Source: an uncultured archaeon (GTDB lineage Archaea; Thermoplasmatota; Penumbrarchaeia; JASLWR01). From it: a stretch of 64,000 nucleotides of DNA. The DNA lies in assembly GCA_964342815.1 (NCBI GenBank), contig CAYFHS010000002.1, positions 278,282 to 342,281 on the forward strand, given 5' to 3'. The position numbers and the translations under genes are program-made. The notes below the pieces were generated by a model, which made no database searches, was not told the origin of the DNA, and saw only the letters and a program-made list of their open reading frames with translations. Below are positions 49,257 through 59,800 of this stretch, in pieces (position 1 is the stretch's first letter; each line of letters opens with the position of its first letter).

Positions 49257-52200
49257 TCATCTCTTATCCATATCTTCTTCAGGTTCCTTGCCTCTTTTCC
49301 TGAACACCAGGAATATCACAACGAACACCAGAGCAGCAAGCACAACCACGGCAATATAGACAATCATCGTATCGCTCAGCCCCGACTCCGGCTGTATATC
49401 TGTCTCGGCGGAAAATATGGTGAGCTTCAATCCCTCGTCGCTGCCCAGCTCGTCCTCTCCGCCCATGTAGTTTGCCGCACCTTCCTGGTCATCGTAGAGC
49501 TTGTCGGATGCAGGAACCTCGCCGTCCACCCTTTCGTCGAAGTCCTCGGAAAGGCCTTTTTCCCATACGTTACCGGACTTGATCTTCATTTGCTTCGTAA
49601 ACGTCCGGGTTCCGTCCTCGAGCTTCATCTCTTTGGGAAGGGTTATGATGCACTCCACGTCCATGGAGAACGGTCCCTTGATATTGAGGTCGAAATCCGA
49701 GTTCTTTTCGAGGTTCACGTCTCCCACTGCTTCCATGTTGAAGGTTATTTCCATATCGAGGGCGGCCGGTGTTATTTCTCCCTCCAGCTTCGAACCCATC
49801 TCGTAGGACAGCGATTCATCGTCAATTACGAAGGGGACGCCTCCCAGTGAAAGCACAGGTCGTATGATGGGATTTTCCGTGATCGAGGTGTGTTTTTCGA
49901 TTAGAAGCCTCTCTGAGGCCGATATAACCATGTCACCGTTTCCAAGTTCGTTCTCGATACTCGCCTTCATCATCAATGCGGGGCCGCCGAGATGCACATT
50001 GGTGGCGACCTTCACCGAACCAGTGCTTTCGAAATTCATTTTTAACTTTCCGCTGTTCGCCTCTCCCTTCTCCAATTTCAGGGAAATGCCCTTCGGACCG
50101 GCATCGCTTATCTCGAAGGACGATACCTCCGATACGGCAAAAACCTCGCCGCCGTTCGTCTTGTAGGCGAATGCCTTGTAACTGCCCTGGGGAAGCCTCA
50201 GCCCTATTTCATCGCCCCTGGTGCCTCCATCAGCCTTTTCCTCCCGGTATTCCACATTGTTCCATCCGCCGTATCCACGGTAATCGACGCCTCTCCCGGT
50301 ATCGAAAACTGCGAGTTCGATATATCCGTCACCACCTGTGCTGTCTTCGAATGTGGCCGAAAAGGTCTCTTCATCGGGAATTATGCGCTTCTCAAGCTCG
50401 AAGTCATGGGTTATGGTCCCTGGAGAATCGGCATGGGTGATGAATTTCGCAGGGAAATAATCAACCCAATCTTCCCGGTATTTATCATCTTCTTCTTCCC
50501 TATCTTTGTCATCGGGATCTTTCATATCATTGCTGGTGCTCCCGTCCTCCCGGTAATTCATATAGTAATTTCCCTCTGTTGATAGGATGATATCACCCAA
50601 CGGTACGTATATCTCGTAATGACCAGTCTCATCGGTATATGTATTGTTGTGCAGAACGTATTCATCGGTTATGATGGTGGCATCGAGATGGTAGTAGGTA
50701 AGCGGCGCTTTCGTAGCTGCGTCCCTTACGAATCCCTCTATCCTCACCACATCCTTGGGCTTGGGTTTGAGAAGAATCTCGATCTCCGCCGTTTCCCCGG
50801 ACAGCACCTCCAGTTCGGTGGAGTATGGAAAAAATGGTGTTTCGACCTTGTAGAATCCCCCCATATTCTCATTGTCAGAATCTGCACCGTTCTCTCCGTA
50901 TTTCTCCTTGTATTCCTCGGGATTCAGGTATAAATCCTCTATTACTCTGACGTTCATGTAATAATATCCCGGATACACTTCCATGGAAAATTTGCCGTTC
51001 TCGTCAACGTTCGCGGCGAGATACATGAATATCTCCCCCCCGTAGATGCTTATTTCGGAATTTGTGACTATCTCTCCAGTGTCCCGGTCTTTGACTATAC
51101 CGCTTATCTTCGCATCCTTCTTTGGCATGTTCTTGAAGGTCACGTTATGCCAGATAGTTTCCTTTCCTTCAATGGAAAATTCGAATTTATGTTCCCTGAA
51201 ATTCCCTTCGTCAGGCCATGGTTCAGTATCTCCAGCTTCGCTGGTACCTTCCTCGCCAATTTCGATTTCCTCAACTTCATCACCCCTGTTGGCTTCCTTT
51301 GATCCTCCCCCCTCATCGTTTCCCGGCATGGGTTTTTCATCGTACTCGACCACATCATCTCCGCCGTAGTAATATGGAGGCGACACTGTCATGATGTAGT
51401 CACCAGCCCGCAAGGGTATCTCGTAGTAACCGTCCTTCTCGGTATATCCGAAATATTCATTTCCATATCCCGGATAGTTATTAGGAGGTGTGTCAACCGA
51501 GCCCACGGCTCCACCGCCGCTTGCCATTTCCTTTTCATCATCCCTTGTATCGTCCTTATCATCTTCTACCGGCTTACCTTCCGGAACTTCCCCGTTTGCA
51601 CCGACGAAAGAGGGAAATACGTATATCCAGGCATCCCCAACGCCGTTCCCGTCCTCGTCTCTTGCATACCCTTTTATCATTGCATCCACCGGGGGCAACG
51701 GCTCCAGAGATATGTTGTGCCAGACAGTTTCGTTCTCCACGACAACTATCTTTGTGGAGTACGGAAGATATTCGGCTGCCCCCTTCTCCACCCCCCCGCC
51801 GCTCCCGGATGAATCCTCGGGCCCTTCCCTTTCATCTTCCAGATACGCATCCTTCCAGAAGAGATGGGCATCTACGTAATAGGTGCCCGGGATAAGTTTG
51901 ACGGTGTAATATCCCTTTGGGTCGGTATGGGTGAATTTCATGGGGATGTAATAGTAATTCATATAACCGGATGACGAGCTCCCGCTGTTCTCTGATGAAC
52001 CTTCTTTGTCTTCCCACTCTTCATCATCATCCATGGGGACCTCGGGGGGGCGCTGTTCTTTCGGCAGTAATGGAGATTCGATCAGGTTGAAACTCAGTTC
52101 GACATCTGAAAGTACTTCCCCGGTTTTTTCATCCTTTACAGAACCCTTAACAATGCTACTCTCCGGAGGAAAGGGAGTGATATTAATGGTATAATTCACT

Positions 52201-52604
52201 GCTCCCTTGATCTCCAGCACGAAAAAATTTTCAAAATACTTATCCTTTGCTGCCCAGAACTGGAAGGTGCCAATATCGAGGTGAAAAGTTATGCTCCCGT
52301 TCTCATCGGTGATCCCCTTGACTTCCTGGAATTCCCGCCAATCGCCATCCGCTTTTCCCTCGTTGAACCCGTAAACGGATGCGCCCGGGACCGTCTCACC
52401 GTTCTTGTCATTTAGCACTGTTATGTTGACGGAAAACTCTCCATCTCCCAAGAGACCTTCCTTTTCATCCAGGTAATCATCATTGTCGGGATCTTCACCG
52501 TTAGTATCTTTTTCATCGTCATTGCTCTCGAGAGCCGCAACTGCCGTCATGCACAACAGTAACATGAGTGCCAGCGCAAATATCTTGTTGATGGTCTTTG
52601 CCAT
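49257..52604 (-). CDS. Secreted, C-terminally anchored protein with several carboxypeptidase-regulatory-like domains separated by acidic linkers
   Basis: Repeated (I/V)KG.V.D..TGE....A and TD..G.Y...L..G.Y motifs; C-terminal TM + RKRGK. Confidence 0.8.
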   Translation of the reverse strand: MAKTINKIFALALMLLLCMTAVAALESNDDEKDTNGEDPDNDDYLDEKEGLLGDGEFSVNITVLNDKNGETVPGASVYGFNEGKADGDWREFQEVKGITDENGSITFHLDIGTFQFWAAKDKYFENFFVLEIKGAVNYTINITPFPPESSIVKGSVKDEKTGEVLSDVELSFNLIESPLLPKEQRPPEVPMDDDEEWEDKEGSSENSGSSSSGYMNYYYIPMKFTHTDPKGYYTVKLIPGTYYVDAHLFWKDAYLEDEREGPEDSSGSGGGVEKGAAEYLPYSTKIVVVENETVWHNISLEPLPPVDAMIKGYARDEDGNGVGDAWIYVFPSFVGANGEVPEGKPVEDDKDDTRDDEKEMASGGGAVGSVDTPPNNYPGYGNEYFGYTEKDGYYEIPLRAGDYIMTVSPPYYYGGDDVVEYDEKPMPGNDEGGGSKEANRGDEVEEIEIGEEGTSEAGDTEPWPDEGNFREHKFEFSIEGKETIWHNVTFKNMPKKDAKISGIVKDRDTGEIVTNSEISIYGGEIFMYLAANVDENGKFSMEVYPGYYYMNVRVIEDLYLNPEEYKEKYGENGADSDNENMGGFYKVETPFFPYSTELEVLSGETAEIEILLKPKPKDVVRIEGFVRDAATKAPLTYYHLDATIITDEYVLHNNTYTDETGHYEIYVPLGDIILSTEGNYYMNYREDGSTSNDMKDPDDKDREEEDDKYREDWVDYFPAKFITHADSPGTITHDFELEKRIIPDEETFSATFEDSTGGDGYIELAVFDTGRGVDYRGYGGWNNVEYREEKADGGTRGDEIGLRLPQGSYKAFAYKTNGGEVFAVSEVSSFEISDAGPKGISLKLEKGEANSGKLKMNFESTGSVKVATNVHLGGPALMMKASIENELGNGDMVISASERLLIEKHTSITENPIIRPVLSLGGVPFVIDDESLSYEMGSKLEGEITPAALDMEITFNMEAVGDVNLEKNSDFDLNIKGPFSMDVECIITLPKEMKLEDGTRTFTKQMKIKSGNVWEKGLSEDFDERVDGEVPASDKLYDDQEGAANYMGGEDELGSDEGLKLTIFSAETDIQPESGLSDTMIVYIAVVVLAALVFVVIFLVFRKRGKEPEEDMDKR

Positions 52605-52789
52605 TATCGTTCCTCCTTAATAGTAATCATATACTATCTTCGTTCCTGATTTATAAAGATTCCAATCAGTTTTCAAAGATATTCCGATTAATATGCGGAG
52701 ATTATTGATGTAAAATCTATATATATGATTTGGTAGAATTATCGAAACGACCTTATTTATTTGACAGAATACGACGAACAGGTGTGCAT

Positions 52790-53197
52790 ATGGAAGCGGA
52801 GATAAAGATGGTGAAAGGAATAACAACGGTGGGTAAAAGCGACAGCAATCACTGGGTTCCCATGGATGGATTAAAGGATTTCAACGGTGCGGAGGGCGCG
52901 AACAAGCCTATGGAACTGGTTCTAATCGCACTTGGCGGATGTACTGTCATGGATGTTATCTCTATACTGACCAAGATGCACCAGCCCTTCAATGGTTTGG
53001 GTGCCAAACTAAGTGCCGAGGTGAGCCAGGAACATCCCAAGGTTTTTGAAAAGATTAAGATCAAATACATAGTCGAGGGCGAGGTGGATTCCGAAAAACT
53101 CGAAAGGGCGATAACACTTTCCCGGGATAGATACTGTCCGATTTCTGCAATGCTAAGCAAAACCTGCCCAATTGATTGGGAATATGAAATTCAATGA
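52790..53197 (+). CDS. OsmC/YhfA-family protein
   Basis: KPMELVLIALGGCTVMDV...SRDRYCPIS; ATG 52790 follows a GGTG RBS. Confidence 0.88.
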   Translation: MEAEIKMVKGITTVGKSDSNHWVPMDGLKDFNGAEGANKPMELVLIALGGCTVMDVISILTKMHQPFNGLGAKLSAEVSQEHPKVFEKIKIKYIVEGEVDSEKLERAITLSRDRYCPISAMLSKTCPIDWEYEIQ

Positions 53198-53216
53198 GAC
53201 CCTGGCATAATATCGA

Positions 53217-54224
53217 TCATGATCGGATGACTTTTATCGTGGTTTCACATTTAGGGCATTTCCCGTCCTTCATCCGGTTTTTACGAAGACCCATATAACT
53301 TCTCTTTATAACCCATTTACCGCACCCTGGACAATGCGTGTGAGCTCCCTTGTCCGCAAGTACGTTCCCGAGAAAGACGTAATGTATTCCCATTCCCTTT
53401 GCTCTGTCGTATATATCAACCAGAGAAGAGGTGGTGGTTCTTTTCCTGTCCGTCATCTTGTAATCGGGATGGAAAGCACTAAAATGAAGCGGAATATCCG
53501 GTCCAAGCTCCCGAAGAACCCATTCCAGATACCCCTCGATCTCTCCGGGGTCGTCGTTCAATTCCGGTATGACGAGGTAAGTAAGTTCGATGTGGATGTT
53601 TAGCTCCCTTGCCAGTTTGCACGTGTCCAGCACTTTTTCCAGTCGTCCGCCTGCGATCTTGCGGTAGAAATCCTTGGAAAACGACTTCACGTCGATGTTC
53701 ATGGCATCGAGGTACGGGGAAATGTTCCTCAAGGGTTCCGGATTTATGAATCCGTTAGTAACGTAAATATTCTTTATCCCCTCCTCGTGAGCCAGTTTGG
53801 AGGAATCGTAGGTGAACTCATACCAGATGCTGGGTTCGTTGTAGGTCCAGGCAATGGACGCACAACCAGCCCGTTTCGCCATTCGGACAGTTTCCGCAGG
53901 TGTAATATTCATCAAAGAACTCTTCCGAATGTCCGCTTGCGATATGCTGGAGTTCTGGCAAAAATCACACTTGAAGTTACATCCAACGGTACCGAATGAC
54001 ATGGCTCTGCTTCCCGGGATGAAATGATACAGCGGTTTTTTCTCAATGGGGTCCGGATGTGTCGAAGAGGTTTTTCCATATATCAGGCTGTACAGAATAC
54101 CGTCCAAATTCCGTCTGACACCGCAAATTCCTGTCTTTCCGCTTCGAAGAAGACAGTGGTGCGGACACAGTTTGCACCTGACCTTCAGATTTTCCAGCTT
54201 ATCATAATACATGGCTTCTTTCAT
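53217..54224 (-). CDS. AmmeMemoRadiSam system radical SAM enzyme
   Basis: CKLCPHHC...GICGVR, DPIEKKPLYHF, GCNFKCDFCQN, TYNEP, HFSAFHPDYKM. Confidence 0.9.
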   Translation of the reverse strand: MKEAMYYDKLENLKVRCKLCPHHCLLRSGKTGICGVRRNLDGILYSLIYGKTSSTHPDPIEKKPLYHFIPGSRAMSFGTVGCNFKCDFCQNSSISQADIRKSSLMNITPAETVRMAKRAGCASIAWTYNEPSIWYEFTYDSSKLAHEEGIKNIYVTNGFINPEPLRNISPYLDAMNIDVKSFSKDFYRKIAGGRLEKVLDTCKLARELNIHIELTYLVIPELNDDPGEIEGYLEWVLRELGPDIPLHFSAFHPDYKMTDRKRTTTSSLVDIYDRAKGMGIHYVFLGNVLADKGAHTHCPGCGKWVIKRSYMGLRKNRMKDGKCPKCETTIKVIRS

Positions 54225-54255
54225 TCAAAAACCTTCTTTCAAATTCTACCTTTCA

Positions 54256-55599
54256 TCACCATTCCATGGGGTGAAATCCGAAAAGGGCCATGATCTCCAC
54301 TGACACCGCATTATCGGGTGATCTTTTTTTGATGTTGATGACCTTCTCAACCGCCACAAGATCCATTTCCACTCTTCTTTTGAAAACTGTGAATTCTCGA
54401 TTATCAATTACATTCCGCGTCCTGGTAAACAGCAAAGCTTCTCGTACTGACGGACGCCCCGAGCCCCTGTCCAGTTCTCCCGTTATGGCATCCCAGCACT
54501 CTTCAACGGATTCTCCCTGCCCCATGCTGACGTTCAGCACTCCACCGCCCCTGAAGAAGTTCATGGTCATATCTCCGTGATCATCCAGCAGGTCGCGTAT
54601 TCTCAATATGGCCAGGTTCAATAACTCATCCATCACCTCGAATCCCTTTATGAGTGGAAGATCGGGTTCCAGCGATGTTAGGAGATCATTGGGAACGGTA
54701 AGAACCTTGTCCGAGCATAGCTTCAATTCTTTTAATCCTTTAGCAGTGTTGCTCTTTTTGCCCCCTCCCTCATCCTTGAAAGGCAGGGTCACAATAGGAC
54801 ACACTTTCGCACCGATTTCCTTCGCGGCCCTGACAATTACGGGTCCTGCTCCAGTTCCCGTCCCACCCCCCATTCCGAAGGTAACTATCACAACATCAAA
54901 ACCTTTCAAGCTGGCCTTGAACCGCTCCAGTGAGAATTCAGCGGCTTCGCGGCCAAGTATCACATCCCCCTCTGTCCCATTTCCACCAGTGATATCTTCA
55001 CCAATGTATACTTTGTGTGGAACGCCAACCTGGAATAACTCCTGGAGATTGCTGTCCACCGCAATTATCTTCATCTCTCGGCCCGTTATCTTCTTTCCTT
55101 CCAGTGACCGGTACATCTTCCCCACGATATTACCTCCAGCGCCCCCTACGCCAACCACTGCGATCCTGAAGTTCCTCTTTTTATCGATTCCGTATGAAGG
55201 GGATGATGGCGATAAAAAATCCCTGCCAAATCCTGGTATTTCCTTTTCCTTTTTATTGGTTTTCAGAGCTATGTCACCTACATTTTCGTCAGTATCCTCA
55301 TTCCAATCCTCCAAGGGTTCTGCTCCCACGTCAGATTCTACCAATAACTCGTACATTATACTCTCGTCATCATCTCCGGTGCGTGCATCCTTGGTTTCAA
55401 TCTCTTGGTCATATTTCCCCCCTTCCTCCTGTTCTTTCATAACTTCTTTTACAACTTCACAATGCATTTCATAGGGAACGTCCATGAGCTCCGAAAGACT
55501 GATCAACATCTCCGCCTGAACCTTTTCGAGACTACCCTCGGCCAGGGCCTTGCGAACCATCTCTCCATATATCTTTCGTTTATCTGTATCATCTATCAT
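54256..55599 (-). CDS. Divergent FtsZ/tubulin-family GTPase paralogue with N-terminal helical and acidic extension
   Basis: IAVVGVGGAGGN, GREAAE, GMGGGTGTGAGPV, VTLPFKDEG; T7 loop absent. ATG 55599 with GGTG RBS preferred over the track's 55701. Confidence 0.85.
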   Translation of the reverse strand: MIDDTDKRKIYGEMVRKALAEGSLEKVQAEMLISLSELMDVPYEMHCEVVKEVMKEQEEGGKYDQEIETKDARTGDDDESIMYELLVESDVGAEPLEDWNEDTDENVGDIALKTNKKEKEIPGFGRDFLSPSSPSYGIDKKRNFRIAVVGVGGAGGNIVGKMYRSLEGKKITGREMKIIAVDSNLQELFQVGVPHKVYIGEDITGGNGTEGDVILGREAAEFSLERFKASLKGFDVVIVTFGMGGGTGTGAGPVIVRAAKEIGAKVCPIVTLPFKDEGGGKKSNTAKGLKELKLCSDKVLTVPNDLLTSLEPDLPLIKGFEVMDELLNLAILRIRDLLDDHGDMTMNFFRGGGVLNVSMGQGESVEECWDAITGELDRGSGRPSVREALLFTRTRNVIDNREFTVFKRRVEMDLVAVEKVINIKKRSPDNAVSVEIMALFGFHPMEW

Positions 55600-55788
55600 C
55601 GTGTTACACCAAGCTCGATTGAGTGACCGGAAACGGTTTTTTACTATACTATCGGAGATAGATAAACGTTTTGTTGCCAATCTCACATTGACCTTACCCA
55701 TCCCCGTTCCATTCCATAATTTCTGAAATGTTCATATAAACAAAAGAGAAGGCAAAATATTAATCCCTATTTCCCCACTCCCCCCCCG

Positions 55789-56721
55789 ATGAAGCCTCAA
55801 CTGGAAAGAATGCTCGAGATGCAACAGTATTATGTCGCAGGGGAGCACAGCGCCGTAAAGCTGTGTCATTGGTTAAAGGAAAAACTAACAAGCGGCAGGA
55901 GCTGTTACAAGGAAAAATTCTATGGTATCGACTGTCATAGATGCCTCCAGATGACACCTGCAGTGAATCAATGTAACCAGAAATGTCTTTTCTGCTGGCG
56001 TTTCCAGGGTCTCAATGAGATCCATTTCGAAGAATTCGACGAGCCGGAATTCATTTTGGATGCCTTGATAGAAGGGCAGCGAAAGCTAATAACGGGATTC
56101 AAAGGGAATCCCAAATGCTCCCATGAGAGGTATGAAGAAGCACGGAATCCCAATCAGGTTGCAATCTCTCTTTCAGGTGAGCCGACCCTGTATCCTGAGC
56201 TAGGTGCCTTCATCGAATTGTGTCATAAAAGGGGGATGACCACATTTCTTGTGACAAACGGAACCCTTCCCGAATCGCTTGTTAATCTGGATCCCCTCCC
56301 CACACAATTATATGTCAGTTTGGATGCTCCTAACGAAGAAATTTACCGGCGGTTATGCGTTCCAATGGCGAAGAGTGCATCCTGGGATTCATTGATGGAA
56401 ACACTGAACATTCTCCCCTCACTGGATACTAGAACAGTCATAAGACATACATTGGTCAAGGGATACAACCTCGGATATCAAAAGGAGTATGCTGCCCTTA
56501 TTGATGCTGCCGAACCTGATTTCGTGGAGCCAAAAGGATATGTCTTTGTGGGGTATTCCCGCAACAGGATGACAATCGATAACATGCCCTCACACAATGA
56601 GATAAGGGAATTCTCCGAAGACTTGGGCCATCGTACAGGTTTTGAGATGCTGGGTGAACAGAGGGCATCGAGGGTTGTGGTCATGGGAGACGACAAGGGA
56701 AAACTCCGTATCCGAAAATAA
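55789..56721 (+). CDS. taw1: 4-demethylwyosine synthase (Taw1/TYW1), radical SAM
   Basis: HSAVKLCHW, CYKEKFYGIDCHRCLQMTP, CNQKCLFCWR, AISLSGEPTLY. Confidence 0.93.
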   Translation: MKPQLERMLEMQQYYVAGEHSAVKLCHWLKEKLTSGRSCYKEKFYGIDCHRCLQMTPAVNQCNQKCLFCWRFQGLNEIHFEEFDEPEFILDALIEGQRKLITGFKGNPKCSHERYEEARNPNQVAISLSGEPTLYPELGAFIELCHKRGMTTFLVTNGTLPESLVNLDPLPTQLYVSLDAPNEEIYRRLCVPMAKSASWDSLMETLNILPSLDTRTVIRHTLVKGYNLGYQKEYAALIDAAEPDFVEPKGYVFVGYSRNRMTIDNMPSHNEIREFSEDLGHRTGFEMLGEQRASRVVVMGDDKGKLRIRK

Positions 56722-56861
56722 TAATAAGGATTCGACCACGGCAACTCCAATAATTTGTTGAAATTACCAGACAAAAGTGTTAAAAAATATTGAGTTATTA
56801 TGATTGGCATATAATTAAGGTATGAAAAACCTATCAGAATAGGATTGACGGAGTTGATGAT

Positions 56862-59800
56862 TTGAGCCGCATTGGAGTTATGGGGACGGTGATGCTTTTA
56901 CTTGTCAACTTGTTAATCGGTAATCTTCTAATCCCAGTGGAGCTCTCCGAAGAAGAATCGAATACGGCGAATATCAAGAAAGTTCTCAAAACTCCTGATT
57001 GGAGGGAGGACACCAGAGGACCTGCCATGGAATCTGATCCTCAGGGAGGATCCTGGTACGATGATTTCAATGATTTTGGCGGACTTAATCAATCAGAAAA
57101 CGTTACAATTATAAACAGTATTGCGAGATCGAGTCAGCGGGCATACCGTGTACCCGTTACACTGGTGAATAACGGTGAACTTCTTCGTGATTTCCAGGTA
57201 AAGATCAATATTAATGAGAGCTTTTTTGATTATACTAAAGCAGAACCCAATGGGGAGGATATTCGCTTTACTCACGAGAATGGTGTGAAATTGGATCATT
57301 GGATCGAAAAATGGAACGAGGACGGCAATTCTACCGTGTGGGTCAGGATTCCCGACCTCCCGGAGGGCAGCACCACGGTGAGAATGTATTACGGTTGTCC
57401 GGAAGCCGAGGACGGCAGTGATGGTTCAGCGGTCTTCGATTTCTTCGATGACTTTTCATTCTATGACGATGCTAAATGGGTTAGTACCGGAACGTCTTCC
57501 GTAAACAACGGGTATTTAACGGTAAGAACCGGTGCTGTGTATTCCCGAAATACGGCTTCCAACCAACCAGGAAAAATTTGCGAGGCAAAGTTGAAATGGA
57601 ACAATTTTGCACATTTTTCCGGTCTTTGCATGGGAAGTACGCACTCGACCCAGGGAAGTAATGCAGGGTCGGACAAGATTGTCTATCTCATGACGAATAT
57701 GGGCGGAGATCCCAGTATAAGGGCCTGGGCGGGTTCGGGCGATGAGGCCACGTACGATATCATATCCGGTGCAACGCAGTATACTGCAACGCAGGGTGTG
57801 GAGCATACCATGGGTTTCACATTGACCGATACGAATCTATCATTCCAGATGAACTCGGCAACAACGAATAATTATATCGGTACGTGGTCCGGTCCGTTCT
57901 ACATCTGGTTGGGTTTTTTTACTGGTTCCAGAGGGGGCAACACAGATATTTCGGATGTATCTGTAGACCGGGTGATGGTCCGCAAGATCGGAGAGAATCC
58001 TGAAACCATTTTCGGGCAAGAAGAACAAAATCCCTCTTCTTACATGATATCCCAATCAATAAGTCTTCCCGATAGGATGCGCTGGGAGTTTCTCACTCTT
58101 GCCAAAACAGAAACAAATGATTCAAAAATAACCGTCTCTATCTTGAATGCAGCAACGAACAGTACTATTGCGGGATTTGATAATATTACCGGAAACGCTC
58201 TTATTCTATCGAACCTGAGTGAGACTGAAATCCAGTTGAAGGCCGTCTTCAACGGAAGCGGTCCGTCAAGATCGACAATGGGATCCTGGGGCATCGAATG
58301 GGTGGATGAAAGTGCGTGGCGCGACAGTTTTATCGGTGGTGAAAAGATAGATAGGCATAGGGGAGTCTCTGTTGGGAACGGCCGTGTAAAGTTGGATCAT
58401 TGGAGATACCGAAGACCTATCGAGATATCATATGCGGGGGAAAATCTCAACGATTTTCAGCTAATGATCCCATTCAACAATACATATTTTGATCATTCGA
58501 AGGCTAAATCTGCCGGTGAGGATATTCGATTTTACGATGAGGGGGGATATGAATTACCTTACTGGATCGAACATTGGAATCTTGCCGGGTACAGCAAAGT
58601 TTGGATAAATAAACCCAGTATCAGGAACGGAAGCTCCATAATATGGATGTATTACGGGAACCCTGATGCGGAAAGGAAAAGTAATGGTGAGCTTGTATTC
58701 GATTTTTTTGATGATTTCAACGGATATACGTTGAACCTATCGAAATGGAACGTTCCGGACAATACCGGGTGGTCGATTGTTGGGGGCCGTCTGAAGGGTA
58801 CGAACAATAACGGCAGGATACTGAGCAAAGCCAAGTTTAGTAATCCAATCGTCCAGGAAGTAAAGACGAGAATCAGTACGAGACCTCCCAATGGTTTCCA
58901 AGGGGCGGGTTTTTACAGCTCGAACAATAATTGTTTCGGTTATTTATGTCATCCAGGTGGTGACTGGTTGAGAAACGAAGGAAGCTGGGTCTTCCTGGGA
59001 GCCGAGCATGTGGGTTTGAATCAATGGCATGATATGCGGATTACGGCCAAGTCAGCTACGCAGGTAAATATTGACATAAAGAACTTTGAAACGGGGGCTG
59101 ATGTTTATAACCAGGATTTCACCAATGCGGTATGGAATGAGAGAATTGCTCTTGGAAGACGGTCTGACGATTCAGGTCTCGACCAGGCCTATGAAGCCTA
59201 CTGGGAGTATGTCAGAGCAAGAAAATTTGCATCAGTGGAACCGTTGATCAATATTGGTGACGAATATGCAAACCCCGCTCCTTTTATAAGTTCAATTCCA
59301 ATTTCACTACCGGAAAACATGTTGTGGTCGACCCTGTCCCTTAACAAGACGGAGCCCGGCAGCATGCAGATTAATCTATCTGTTATCGATTCAAGCAACA
59401 GGACGATCAAGGGTTTCGAGAATCTGACGAACAGCACCATGGATATCGACCGATTTAATGATTTGAACCTGTCCGAAATCCGTCTCAAAGTTCATTATTT
59501 TGGTACCGGAATAAAATTGCCAATTCTCAACTCCTGGTCTGTGAATTGGTCCGGTATTTTGGCACCGAGACTTTTATTCGAAATACCGGATATGGAAATT
59601 CAGGAAGATACCACTGAAGCCAATATTCTGAACCTTACGACTTATATTTTGGATATATACAAGGATCGAGGTCCTACCGTTTTCGCTTTGGAATATGTTT
59701 CCGATACACAAAACATATCGCTGGCCATAAACGACTCAATTCTTCATCTTCACGATCTTCGAACAAACTGGTTGGGATTTATTGAGGTGGTGGTCAATTG

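Noticed and set aside
53217-54224. AmmeMemoRadiSam enzyme without its A/B partner genes as a novel system
   Set aside because: The family is widespread in archaea and its partners are often unlinked.
54256-55599. Assigning ftsZ or cetZ as the gene symbol
   Set aside because: The T7 loop and C-terminal features are missing, so orthology cannot be supported without a tree.
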